DNA of 64,000 bases, from the NCBI GenBank assembly GCA_963770565.1, contig CAVYQE010000011.1, forward strand, positions 388,072 through 452,071, in the 5' to 3' direction. The position numbers and the translations under genes are program-made. Source of the stretch: an uncultured Actinomycetota bacterium. GTDB taxonomy: Bacteria; Actinomycetota; Actinomycetes; JAFAQI01. The notes beneath the pieces are model-generated. The model made no database searches and was not told the origin of the DNA. It was given only the letters and a program-made list of their open reading frames with translations. Below, one piece after another: positions 38,603 to 47,806 of the stretch (position 1 is the stretch's first letter; every line of letters begins with the position of its first letter).

Positions 38603-39139
38603 TCAGATGAAGAGCAGTTGCGCGCCGGCGGTCTTCTCGATGAAGTCGGAGGCGCTGATGATTCCTTCGACGTCGTCCCGTAGGTCGGCGTCGGTGAGCT
38701 TCATCATGTCGGCCGACATCCGGCAGGCCCAGAGGTGTCCGCCGGAGGCGACGATCTGGTCAAGGAAGTCGGGGACCTCGGGAACGCCGAGGTCGGCGAT
38801 CTGCTTCTTGAGCATGTGGGTCGCCATCCCGGTCATTCCCGGCAGCGGGGCGAGCGCCTGAGGCAGTCTCACGTCGCCGATCGGCAGATGCATCGCAGCA
38901 TTCCCCGCCGGGCTGAACGCCAGGTCGTGCATCCGCGACTTGACGATCATGTCGAAGCCCCAGAACGTGAAGAACATGTCGGTGTGAACGCCTTCCCCGA
39001 GCGCGGCGTTGGCGAGGATCAAACCCGGGTAGGCCATGTCCAGGTTTCCCTTCGAGCAGATGATTGCCAGCTTGCGATCGGTCTCGACGTCGTCGTCGAA
39101 CGACGGGACGATCCTGGGTGTCGCTTCCGTGGTGGTCAT
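38603..39139 (-). CDS. DsrE/DsrF-like sulfur-relay family protein
   Basis: ATG 39139 with SD GGAG, 11 nt after tusE-like stop; DsrE-fold sequence with conserved Cys (HLWACRMS). Confidence 0.75.
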   Translation of the reverse strand: MTTTEATPRIVPSFDDDVETDRKLAIICSKGNLDMAYPGLILANAALGEGVHTDMFFTFWGFDMIVKSRMHDLAFSPAGNAAMHLPIGDVRLPQALAPLPGMTGMATHMLKKQIADLGVPEVPDFLDQIVASGGHLWACRMSADMMKLTDADLRDDVEGIISASDFIEKTAGAQLLFI

Positions 39140-39150
39140 GGCAACTCCGT

Positions 39151-39465
39151 TCACACGCAGCCGTGTGGCTTGGGTAGGCCGGCGATGTAGGCCATCTTCT
39201 TGCCGGGCTTCTTCGGGAACAGCGCGAACAATTCTTTGACCGGCACTCCGCCGACCACCTGGACCCGGCGGGTAGTGGCCGTCTCACCCTGGGCCTTGTA
39301 GTCCTCGCGGAGGAACCTGATGACGTTCAGGTGGGCGTCGGTCAGATCGATCCCAATCTGGTCGGCGAGCACCTTGGCGAGGTCCTCGTCCCACTCGTCG
39401 TACTCGGTCAGGAAGCCCTCGTCGTCGACGTGGATCTGATGGCCGTTCAGTTCGGTGATGGGCAT
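39151..39465 (-). CDS. TusE/DsrC-family sulfur carrier protein
   Basis: C-terminal signature GLPKPHGCV (penultimate Cys). Confidence 0.7.
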   Translation of the reverse strand: MPITELNGHQIHVDDEGFLTEYDEWDEDLAKVLADQIGIDLTDAHLNVIRFLREDYKAQGETATTRRVQVVGGVPVKELFALFPKKPGKKMAYIAGLPKPHGCV

Positions 39466-39490
39466 GACTCCTCCGGTGGTGGTCGTCGGC

Positions 39491-40726
39491 TCAGTTCTCG
39501 GGGCGTTTGCCGGCCATCGACATCAGTGCCGGGATCGGTAGCGGGCGGCCTGGAAGCAACAGGTTCCAGTAGGCCCAACGGAATCCCAACTTTCCCCAGT
39601 GGTTGAGGTGGCTCTCCTCGAGAAGGCTGAACGGGCCGATCAACGGCACCGGATACTTGCCCGGGAGCGGCTCCGTCTCGTAGTTGAAGTCGATCAACAA
39701 ACCCTTGCCGTTGCCGGTTTCCACGAAGCAGTTCGCGTGGCCGTCGAACAAGTGAGTCATCGGCCGGTCGTTGATGTAGTCGACGAAGTTGTCGGTGAAC
39801 AGCTCGATCGAGAAGTGGGCGACCGATCCGGCCTTCGATACCGGGATGTTGTTCGCATCACCGAGCGCGAAGATGTTCGGGTACGCCTTCGACAGCAAGG
39901 TGTGCCGGTCGACCGGGACGTAGTTGAGCTCGTTGCCGAGCCCGGAGCGGGCGATGTAGTCCGCGCCCATGTTCAGCGGCACGGTCACGAGCAGGTCGAA
40001 CGGAATCTCCCGCTCGTCCATCGACACCAGCATCGGTGGGTCGGCGTCGATCCGGTCGACGACGTAGTCGGTCTCGAGCGCGATCTTGCGCTCGGCGAGC
40101 AAGCCGCTGAGATGGCGGGCGGCAACCGGCTTCGTGAAGGCCGCGTCAAGCGGTGTGACGTAGGTGATCTCGACCCGATCCCGGATTCCGCGTTCGGCGA
40201 AGAAGGCGTCAGCGAGAAAGGCAAACTCAAGGGGCGCGACCGGGCACTTGATCGGCATCTCGACGATCTGTACGACGAGGCGGCCACCATCCCATCCGGC
40301 CAGCTTCTCGCGCAGGGCGGTTGCACCGTCCAGGGTGTAGAAGTCGAAGATGCTTCGCCGCCACCCTGGACCGAGCATCCCCGGAGTCTGGTCCGGGCGG
40401 GTCGCCGTACCGGTTGCGATGACGAGGTAGTCGTAGCCGAGCTCCCGACCGTCATCAAGCGTGACCACGTTCTGGTCGGGTTCGACCCGTTCGATCTCCC
40501 CACGGACGAGCTCGACGCCGTCGGAAAGGTAGTGATGGCGGGGCCGGATGAGATCGACTGGCTCGCACTGGCCGAACGGGAGCAGCAGCAGTCCGGGTTG
40601 GTAGACGTGCTTATCGTCCTGGTCGACAACGGTGATCCGCCACTGAGACGGCTCGAGTCGCGGCCGGAGCTTGTTGGCCGCCATCGTGCCCGCGGTGCCT
40701 GCTCCCAAGATCACCAGATTCCGCAT
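39491..40726 (-). CDS. sqr: sulfide:quinone oxidoreductase (type II NADH-dehydrogenase-like flavoprotein)
   Basis: FAD fold VILGAGTAGTMAA; SQR-family sequence; ATG 40726 with GAGG SD; a CACCC-CA-GGGTG dyad at 40742-40753 overlaps the upstream GTG. Confidence 0.8.
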   Translation of the reverse strand: MRNLVILGAGTAGTMAANKLRPRLEPSQWRITVVDQDDKHVYQPGLLLLPFGQCEPVDLIRPRHHYLSDGVELVRGEIERVEPDQNVVTLDDGRELGYDYLVIATGTATRPDQTPGMLGPGWRRSIFDFYTLDGATALREKLAGWDGGRLVVQIVEMPIKCPVAPLEFAFLADAFFAERGIRDRVEITYVTPLDAAFTKPVAARHLSGLLAERKIALETDYVVDRIDADPPMLVSMDEREIPFDLLVTVPLNMGADYIARSGLGNELNYVPVDRHTLLSKAYPNIFALGDANNIPVSKAGSVAHFSIELFTDNFVDYINDRPMTHLFDGHANCFVETGNGKGLLIDFNYETEPLPGKYPVPLIGPFSLLEESHLNHWGKLGFRWAYWNLLLPGRPLPIPALMSMAGKRPEN

Positions 40727-40872
40727 GGTGCGCCTCGCTTCCACCCCAGGGTGATGCGGGTGCGGGCGTACCGGGTAGGGCCCAAGGGCCTCAGTCGTTC
40801 GGCTCTTGGTCCCCTCTTGCGGGGCTCACCGCGTCAGCGCCCGGCGGAGACGCTCTTCAAGCCGCCAACGGC

Positions 40873-40891
40873 GGCGCCGCTCAGCTCAAGG
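40873..40891 (-). terminator. hairpin GCCGCAGCT-C-AGCTGCGGC downstream of rpsT
   Basis: Perfect 9-bp stem 26 nt beyond the rpsT stop on the minus strand. Confidence 0.3.
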
Positions 40892-40916
40892 CCGCAGCTC
40901 AGCTGCGGCGAAGGGA

Positions 40917-41177
40917 TTAGAGCGAGTTGGCGCGGTTCGCCATGGCCGACTTGCGGTTGGCCGCCTGGTTCGAGTGGATGACACCCTTGCTGGCTGCCTT
41001 GTCGAGCAGCTTCGAGGCGTCGCGCATCGCGGCACCTGCGGTGTCGGAGTCACCCGCGTCGGCGGCCTCGCGGAACCGGCGTACCGCGGTCTTGAGCTCG
41101 GACTTCACACCCTTGTTGCGCAGGCGGCGGCCTTCGTTCTGCCGGTTGCGCTTGATCTGGGACTTGATGTTGGCCAC
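40917..41177 (-). CDS. rpsT: 30S ribosomal protein S20
   Basis: GTG start giving [14 protein letters not shown]...; 86 aa; ORF-track N-terminal extension rejected. Confidence 0.9.
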   Translation of the reverse strand: MANIKSQIKRNRQNEGRRLRNKGVKSELKTAVRRFREAADAGDSDTAGAAMRDASKLLDKAASKGVIHSNQAANRKSAMANRANSL

Positions 41178-41290
41178 GCGGAAACTACCTCGATCGTCGG
41201 GTGTGGAGATGCGACCTGAGAGGTTACCAGCCGGCCCGCTCTCGGCGCGAACCTCAACGGGGCGAGCGTGCCGAGCCGGCGGTCGGATTC

Positions 41291-43147
41291 GTGACACCAT
41301 GGAATGTGCCCACCGATTCGGACCCCTCGACGTCAGGGCGCACCGATCCCGGTCGGATCCGCAACTTCTGCATCATCGCCCACATCGATCATGGCAAGTC
41401 GACGCTGGCCGACCGGATGCTCGAGGTCACCGGGGTCGTCGAGCTGCGGAACATGCGGGCGCAGTACCTCGACAAGATGGACATCGAGCGTGAGCGCGGC
41501 ATCACGATCAAGGCGCAGAACGTCCGGCTGCCGTGGGTGGTCGACGGCGTCGACTACGTCCTGGACCTGATCGACACCCCGGGGCACGTCGACTTCTCCT
41601 ACGAGGTCAGTCGCAGCCTGGCCGCCTGCGAAGGCGCGATCCTGCTGGTTGACGCCGCCCAGGGGATCGAGGCGCAGACCCTGGCCAATCTCTATCTCGC
41701 GATCGACAACGACCTCACGATCATCCCGGTGCTCAACAAGATCGACCTGCCGGCCGCCCAGCCGGACAAGTACGCCGAGGAGATCGCGCGGATCATCGGC
41801 TGCCGGCCCGACGAGGTGCTGCGGGTCAGCGCCAAGACCGGCGAAGGTGTCCGCGAGCTGCTCGACCACGTGGTGCGGGTGGTGCCCGCACCGGTCGGCG
41901 ACCCCGATGCGCCGCCGCGGGCGCTGATCTTCGACTCGGTGTACGACGTCTACCGAGGCGTCATCACCTACGTCCGGGTGTTCGACGGCCGGCTCACGAC
42001 GCACGACCGCTGTCTGATGATGTCGACCGGCGCGGCGCACGAGACGCTGGAGGTCGGCGTTGCCGCACCGGACCCGACCCCGACCACGAGCCTCGGTGTC
42101 GGCGAGGTCGGCTACGTGATCCCGGGCGTGAAGAACGTCCGGCAGGCCCGGGTCGGCGACACCATCACGAGCGCCAACCGGCCCGCTGCTCAGTCCCTCG
42201 GTGGCTATCGCCATCCGAAGCCGATGGTCTATTCGGGGCTGTATCCGATCGACGGCAGCGACTATCCGCTGCTGCGCGACGCCCTCGACAAGCTGCAGCT
42301 CAACGACGCCTCGCTCCTCTATGAGCCGGAGACCTCGACCGCGCTCGGCTTCGGCTTTCGCTGCGGTTTCCTCGGCCTGCTGCACCTGGAGATCGTCCGT
42401 GAGCGGCTCGAGCGCGAGTTCGACCTGGCGCTGATCTCGACCGCGCCGAACGTGGTCTACCGGGTCGAGCTCGAGACCGGTGGCGAGGTGATCGTCACCA
42501 ACCCGGCCGACTGGCCGACCGGCAAGATCGGCGAGGTCTACGAGCCGGTGGTCGACGCGATGCTGTTGCTTCCCAACGACTACGTCGGCGCGGTGATGGA
42601 CCTCTGCCAGACCCGTCGCGGTGCGTTGAAGGGGATGGAATACCTCTCTGAGGACCGGGTCGAGCTGAAGTACGCCTTGCCGCTCGCCGAGATCATCTTC
42701 GACTTCTTCGATCAGCTGAAGTCGCGTACCCGCGGCTACGCGAGCCTCGACTACGAGCCGGCCGGCGAGCAGGAGGCCGACCTGGTGAAGGTCGACATCC
42801 TCCTGCAGGGTGAGCCGGTCGACGCCTTCAGCGCGATCGTGCACAAGGACAAGGCGTATGCGTACGGCACCTTGATGGTCTCGAAGCTGCGCCAGCTGAT
42901 CCCGCGGCAGCAGTTCGAGGTGCCGATCCAGGCGGCGATCGGCACCCGGGTGATCGCGCGGGAGAACATCCGCGCGATGCGGAAGGACGTGCTCGCGAAG
43001 TGTTACGGCGGTGACATCACCCGCAAGCGCAAGCTGCTCGAGAAGCAGAAGGAAGGCAAGCGACGGATGAAGATGGTCGGCCGCGTCGAGGTACCGCAAG
43101 AGGCGTTCATCGCCGCGCTGTCGACGAACGAGCCGGCAAAATCCTGA
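41291..43147 (+). CDS. lepA: elongation factor 4 (LepA)
   Basis: G-domain [17 protein letters not shown] and LepA C-terminal domain; start GTG 41291 approximate. Confidence 0.9.
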   Translation: MTPWNVPTDSDPSTSGRTDPGRIRNFCIIAHIDHGKSTLADRMLEVTGVVELRNMRAQYLDKMDIERERGITIKAQNVRLPWVVDGVDYVLDLIDTPGHVDFSYEVSRSLAACEGAILLVDAAQGIEAQTLANLYLAIDNDLTIIPVLNKIDLPAAQPDKYAEEIARIIGCRPDEVLRVSAKTGEGVRELLDHVVRVVPAPVGDPDAPPRALIFDSVYDVYRGVITYVRVFDGRLTTHDRCLMMSTGAAHETLEVGVAAPDPTPTTSLGVGEVGYVIPGVKNVRQARVGDTITSANRPAAQSLGGYRHPKPMVYSGLYPIDGSDYPLLRDALDKLQLNDASLLYEPETSTALGFGFRCGFLGLLHLEIVRERLEREFDLALISTAPNVVYRVELETGGEVIVTNPADWPTGKIGEVYEPVVDAMLLLPNDYVGAVMDLCQTRRGALKGMEYLSEDRVELKYALPLAEIIFDFFDQLKSRTRGYASLDYEPAGEQEADLVKVDILLQGEPVDAFSAIVHKDKAYAYGTLMVSKLRQLIPRQQFEVPIQAAIGTRVIARENIRAMRKDVLAKCYGGDITRKRKLLEKQKEGKRRMKMVGRVEVPQEAFIAALSTNEPAKS

Positions 43148-43172
43148 TTGCGGCCAACCCTAAAGTGGGGTT

Positions 43173-44411
43173 GTGCCCGTTTCGAGCCTGCTTCCGGCCC
43201 GAGGCGCGCCAAGAGTCCTTGCCGTCGCGAGCCTGGTCAACACCCTCGGCAACGGGCTGTTCTATACGGTCTCGGCACTCTTCCTGACCCGTTCGGTCGG
43301 GCTCTCGGTTCGGCAGGTCGGGGTGGGACTGACCATTGCGGGTGGCGTTGCGCTGTTCGCGAACGTGCCGGCCGGTCGGATCGCCGAGATCGCCGGGCCG
43401 CGCGAGGTCCTCGTTATCACCTTTGTGCTCGCAGCCGGCTTCATGGCCGCGTATGCCTTCGTCCACTCGTTCTGGGTGTTCGTCGTGATCGCCTGCGGTG
43501 AGCTCGCCGCGACGAACGCCGGAAACGCCGTACGCAACGGCTTGATCGCGACCGCGGTCGCGGGTGAGGACCGGGTTCGCACCCGCGCTTATCTGCGGTC
43601 GGTGACCAACCTCGGGATCGGGGTCGGCTCGGCCCTGGCCGGGATCGCGCTGCACGTCGACACCCGAACCGCCTATGTGACGCTGATCGTCGCGGACGCC
43701 GCGACCTTCGCGCTCACCGCGCTGTTGGTCACTCGCCTGCCCCATGTCGCGCCGCTGCCACGCGACCTCGGTGACGGCCCGCGCCTGGTCGCGATCCGCG
43801 ACCGCCCCTACGTGTCGCTCGTCGCGATGAACTCGCTGCTCAACATCCACAACGGCCTGCTCGAGGTCGCGGTCCCGCTCTGGGTGGTGCGGCACACGTC
43901 CGCACCACGGTCGATCGTCGCCGCGATCTTTATCGTCAACACCGGGATCTGCGTGCTCTTTCAGATCCGCGCGAGCCGTGGCGTCGACGACATCCCGTCC
44001 TCGGCACGGGCCCTGCGCCGGTGCGGCGTACTCCTGTTTGCCGCGTGCGCCATCTATGGGCTCTCGGGCGGCCGCTCGCGGGATGTCGCCATCGTTCTGC
44101 TGCTGGTCGCCGAGCTGGTGCACGTGACGGGCGAGCTGTTCCAGGCCGCCGGGTCCTGGGGATACGCCTACGGCCTTGCCCCTGACCACTTGCAAGGTCA
44201 GTACCAGGGGCTGTTCAGCATGAGCTATGGCGTGTCCAACATGCTGGCGCCGGTCATCGTGACCACGGTGGTCGTCGGTGGTGGCCTCGGTGGTTGGCTG
44301 TTGATCGGCACGATGTTCCTCGTGGTCGGGGTTGCGATGGGCCCGGTCGGGCGGTGGGCGGCAGCGAACCGTCCGGAACTTGCCGCACCCGTGCAAGGCT
44401 TGCCGGCATGA
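43173..44411 (+). CDS. MFS transporter
   Basis: 12-TM profile. Confidence 0.75.
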   Translation: MPVSSLLPARGAPRVLAVASLVNTLGNGLFYTVSALFLTRSVGLSVRQVGVGLTIAGGVALFANVPAGRIAEIAGPREVLVITFVLAAGFMAAYAFVHSFWVFVVIACGELAATNAGNAVRNGLIATAVAGEDRVRTRAYLRSVTNLGIGVGSALAGIALHVDTRTAYVTLIVADAATFALTALLVTRLPHVAPLPRDLGDGPRLVAIRDRPYVSLVAMNSLLNIHNGLLEVAVPLWVVRHTSAPRSIVAAIFIVNTGICVLFQIRASRGVDDIPSSARALRRCGVLLFAACAIYGLSGGRSRDVAIVLLLVAELVHVTGELFQAAGSWGYAYGLAPDHLQGQYQGLFSMSYGVSNMLAPVIVTTVVVGGGLGGWLLIGTMFLVVGVAMGPVGRWAAANRPELAAPVQGLPA

Positions 44412-44983
44412 AGCTGTTGCTGATCGGCCCGCCCGGCTCCGGCAAGGGCACTCAGGGGCAGCTGCTCGCCGACCGGTTCCACCTGGCGCACATCGCGGCC
44501 GGTGACCTGCTGCGCGCCGAGGTCGAGGCCGGTACGCCGCTCGGCAAGCAGGCCGCCGACTATCTCGATCGCGGCGAGCTGGTGCCCGACGAGCTGGTGA
44601 TCGACCTCCTGATGCCGGTGATCGTGGCCTCGCTCGAGGGCAACGGGTACGTCCTCGACGGGTTCCCGCGCTCGGTCGGCCAGGCGCTCGTCGCGCGCCG
44701 GATGGCCGAGGAGGTGGGTGCGACGCCGGACGCGGTGATCTATCTCGACTCCTCGCGCGACGTACTGGTCGAGCGGATCCTGGCCCGGGCCGAGATCGAG
44801 GGCCGCAGCGATGACACCGCCGAGGTCGTCCATAACCGGCTCGAGGTCTTCGACGAGGCGACCAGCCCGCTGATCGACTACTACCGGAGCCGCGGTCTGC
44901 TTCACGTGGTGAACGGCGACCTGAGCGAGGCCGAGGTCACCGCAGAGATCCTGGCCGCGATCGGGTACCTCGCCTCGGAATGA
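44408..44983 (+). CDS. adk: adenylate kinase, short type without LID insertion
   Basis: P-loop LLIGPPGSGKGTQ; NMP-binding GDLLRAEV; ATGA overlap with the MFS gene. Confidence 0.75.
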   Translation: MKLLLIGPPGSGKGTQGQLLADRFHLAHIAAGDLLRAEVEAGTPLGKQAADYLDRGELVPDELVIDLLMPVIVASLEGNGYVLDGFPRSVGQALVARRMAEEVGATPDAVIYLDSSRDVLVERILARAEIEGRSDDTAEVVHNRLEVFDEATSPLIDYYRSRGLLHVVNGDLSEAEVTAEILAAIGYLASE

Positions 44984-44996
44984 CGGGCTCGGCCTG

Positions 44997-46217
44997 ATGC
45001 CCTCGACCCTGCCGGACGGTGATCCGGCGCCCGTCGACGGCGCGCTGCCACCCGAGGCTTTGACCGGTCTGGGCGCGCGGCCGTTCGGCGTCTACGTCCA
45101 CGTTCCGTACTGCGCAACCCGGTGCGGCTACTGCGATTTCAACACATATACGGCGATCGAGCTCGGTGGCGGCGCCTCCCAAGCGTCGTACGCCGGCACC
45201 GCGGCCGGGGAGATCGAGTTCGCCCGTCGGGTGCTGGGCGAGGCCACGGTCGAGGTGTCAACGGTCTTCTTCGGCGGCGGCACACCGACCCTGCTGCCGG
45301 CGGCCGACCTGGTCGGCCTGCTCGGGCGGATCGACCAGCGGTTCGGCCTGGTCGCCGATGCCGAGGTGACCACCGAGGCCAACCCGGAGTCGGTGACCCC
45401 GGCCTCGCTCGAGGCGCTGCGGGAGGGCGGGTTCACCCGGATCAGCTTCGGGATGCAGTCGGTCGTGCCGCACGTCCTTGCCACCCTTGACCGCCAGCAC
45501 ACGCCGGGACGCGCAGCGGCTGCCGTCCGCGAAGCGCGCGCGGCTGGCTTCGAGCACGTCAGCGTCGATCTCATCTACGGAACGCCGGGGGAGTCCGACG
45601 ACGACTGGCGGGCCTCGCTCGCCGCCGCGACCGAACTCGACGTGGACCACGTGTCGGCGTACTCGCTCATCGTCGAGCCGGGTACCAGGCTCGCGGCCAG
45701 GATCGCCCGCGGCGAGCTGCCGATGACCGACGACGACGTCCTTGCCGACCGCTACGAGCTGGCCGACGACGCGCTGAGCGCGGCCGGTCTGCACTGGTAC
45801 GAGGTCTCGAACTGGACCCGCGGCGCGGGGAGCCAGGCCCGGCACAACCTGCTCTATTGGACCGGCGGCGACTGGTGGGGGGTCGGGCCGGGTGCCCACA
45901 GCCACGTCGGCGGGGTGCGGTGGTGGAACGTCAAGCACCCGCGCGACTACGACGCCCGGCTGGCCGCCGGTGCGTCGCCGGCCGCGGCCCGGGAAACGCT
46001 CACTGCCGACCAGCGCGAGGTCGAGGAGGTCATGCTCCGGCTCCGGCTGCGGACCGGCCTGTCGCTGCGCGACCTCAGCGAGCGGGCCGGCGAAGCAGCC
46101 GCGGTGGCGCGCGGCGACGGCCTGCTCGACCCCGCGGCGTACGACGAGGGCCGGGCGGTGCTGAGCGAGCGCGGGCGGCTACTGGCCGACGCGGTCGTGC
46201 GCGATCTGGTCGGATGA
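44997..46217 (+). CDS. hemW: radical-SAM haem chaperone HemW (HemN-like)
   Basis: CxxxCxxC motif YCATRCGYC in a HemN-like radical-SAM fold. Confidence 0.85.
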   Translation: MPSTLPDGDPAPVDGALPPEALTGLGARPFGVYVHVPYCATRCGYCDFNTYTAIELGGGASQASYAGTAAGEIEFARRVLGEATVEVSTVFFGGGTPTLLPAADLVGLLGRIDQRFGLVADAEVTTEANPESVTPASLEALREGGFTRISFGMQSVVPHVLATLDRQHTPGRAAAAVREARAAGFEHVSVDLIYGTPGESDDDWRASLAAATELDVDHVSAYSLIVEPGTRLAARIARGELPMTDDDVLADRYELADDALSAAGLHWYEVSNWTRGAGSQARHNLLYWTGGDWWGVGPGAHSHVGGVRWWNVKHPRDYDARLAAGASPAAARETLTADQREVEEVMLRLRLRTGLSLRDLSERAGEAAAVARGDGLLDPAAYDEGRAVLSERGRLLADAVVRDLVG

Positions 46218-46249
46218 TGTTTGTCCACAGGTCACCCAACCCAGACATA

Positions 46250-46357
46250 ATGGACATCGAGGCGGGGCACGCTGATGTCATGGCCGATCTCTTCGCGATC
46301 GTCGGACTCATCACCGTGAGCCTGCTCGGCGTCGCCCGGTGGTGGGAAGAGCACTAA
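46250..46357 (+). CDS. possible 35-aa hydrophobic micro-protein (MDIEAGHADVMADLFAIVGLITVSLLGVARWWEEH)
   Basis: Single TM helix; no clear SD; sits between hemW and the ECF sigma gene. Confidence 0.2.
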   Translation: MDIEAGHADVMADLFAIVGLITVSLLGVARWWEEH

Positions 46358-46381
46358 CGTCCCGCTAGCGTCACGGTCGAT

Positions 46382-46407
46382 GCAACGTTCGGCCCCCCTG
46401 CAGCGTT
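46382..46407 (+). promoter_or_regulatory. ECF-type promoter-like GCAAC-N17-CGTT upstream of the sigma gene
   Basis: Resembles GGAAC-N16-17-CGTT autoregulated ECF promoters; 33 nt before GTG 46441, which has a GGAGG SD. Confidence 0.3.
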
Positions 46408-46440
46408 GTTGAGGGTGGGTCGGCGAGCATCGGAGGCACC

Positions 46441-46944
46441 GTGGACGACGCGTCCTTCCAGGAGTACGTCGCCAGCCGTGGCCAGGCCCTGGCCCGGATG
46501 GCGTACCTGCTGTCCGGCAGTCACGCCGACGCCGACGACCTCGTCCAGGCGGCGCTCGCGAAGGCCTACGCCCGCTGGTCGCACATCTCGACGCTGGATT
46601 CGCCGGACGCCTACGTCCGGCGAATCCTCGCCAACCAGCACGTCTCGTGGTGGCGCTCGCGCCGGCGCGAGCGCCTGACCGACCAGACCCCCGAGGTCGC
46701 GGTCGGCGACGCCACTGCCAACCGGGCCGACGCCGACCTGGTGCGGGCCGGGGTCCGCGCCTTGCCGCCGCGGCAACGCGCGGCGATCGTCTTCCGCTAC
46801 TTCGAGGATCTCGACGACGCCGCGATCGCCGACGCGCTCGGCTGCTCGGTCGGCACTGTCCGCAGCCAGATCTCGCGCGCGCTCGCGACGCTTCGCAGTC
46901 AATGCGAGCTGGTTGACCTACTCACCTCCGGAGGCCCTTCATGA
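46441..46944 (+). CDS. ECF-subfamily RNA polymerase sigma-70 factor
   Basis: Region 2 DLVQAALAKAYARW and region 4 HTH IADALGCSVGTVRSQISRA. Confidence 0.85.
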   Translation: MDDASFQEYVASRGQALARMAYLLSGSHADADDLVQAALAKAYARWSHISTLDSPDAYVRRILANQHVSWWRSRRRERLTDQTPEVAVGDATANRADADLVRAGVRALPPRQRAAIVFRYFEDLDDAAIADALGCSVGTVRSQISRALATLRSQCELVDLLTSGGPS

Positions 46945-47708
46945 CCGATCTCGACGAGCTGATCCGTGAGGTCCTGACCACCGACGCCCAGACGCAACTC
47001 CAACCGGATGGGCTGACCGAGCGGAGCATGCAGCTCGGGCGACGGCTTCGTCAGCGCCGCCGGTTCGCCTTCGCCTCGGCCGCCCTCGGGTCGGTGGCCG
47101 TCCTCGTGGCCGGTTCGCTCGCGATCTCCGATGCGGTCACCCGCAGTTCGAACCAGGTCGTCGCGCCGGCCGGGCAACTCGGCCATCGCGACCTTCATCC
47201 GGTCGGGCCGTGGCGGTCGTGGCCGCGGGACCGTGCGTACGGAACCAAGCTTTCGGAGCAGTCATTGACCGACGTGCCGGCATCACAGCTGCTCGCCGGC
47301 GGAACGATGACGGACGGGATCCAGTTCAAGATCTACGCCACTGATCAGAACGCGATGCCGGTCTCCGACATCTTCGGCTTCAGCGACCAGCCGATCTTCG
47401 GCGACAACCCCGGCGAGGGCAGCCCACAGTACCGCCCGGACGCGCCGTACTTTGCGATCGAGGCGATGACCGCGACCACCTGGGACCACGGCAACGAGGA
47501 CCAGGGCACCGGCCAATGGCTGATCGTCGCCGCTCAGCCGGGCACCACCTCGGCGTCGTACTCCGCAGACGGCACCACCTGGCAACCGATGCTGCTGCAG
47601 AACGGGATCGCCGTCCTCCAGCTCCCCGCCATCGCACCGCGGGGCGCCCAGCTCGAGCTCAGCGATGCTCAGGGTCCGTACGTCGACGGGCCGCTCGCCA
47701 TCCTCTGA
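46941..47708 (+). CDS. putative anti-sigma factor, single-pass membrane protein
   Basis: Start overlaps the sigma stop (ATGA); one TM helix then an extracytoplasmic domain. Confidence 0.5.
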   Translation: MTDLDELIREVLTTDAQTQLQPDGLTERSMQLGRRLRQRRRFAFASAALGSVAVLVAGSLAISDAVTRSSNQVVAPAGQLGHRDLHPVGPWRSWPRDRAYGTKLSEQSLTDVPASQLLAGGTMTDGIQFKIYATDQNAMPVSDIFGFSDQPIFGDNPGEGSPQYRPDAPYFAIEAMTATTWDHGNEDQGTGQWLIVAAQPGTTSASYSADGTTWQPMLLQNGIAVLQLPAIAPRGAQLELSDAQGPYVDGPLAIL

Positions 47709-47712
47709 CCCC

Positions 47713-47803
47713 CAGCCCCACGCATGGCCCATGCGTGGGGCTATCGCCCCACCAATGGGCCATCGGTGTGCCTATGGCCCCACCAATGGGCCATGCGTGT
47801 GGG
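47713..47803. repeat. three tandem ~30-bp units: CCCCACGCATGG-C-CCATGCGTGGGG (perfect hairpin), then two copies of CCCCACCAATGGGCCAT(C/G)(G/C)GTGTG
   Basis: Unit 1 is a 25-bp palindrome right after the stop at 47708; units 2 and 3 share its sequence. Confidence 0.45.
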
Positions 47804-47806
47804 TGT

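Noticed and set aside
47713-47803. Possible mini-CRISPR array
   Set aside because: Only three degenerate units, no uniform unique spacers, no cas genes.
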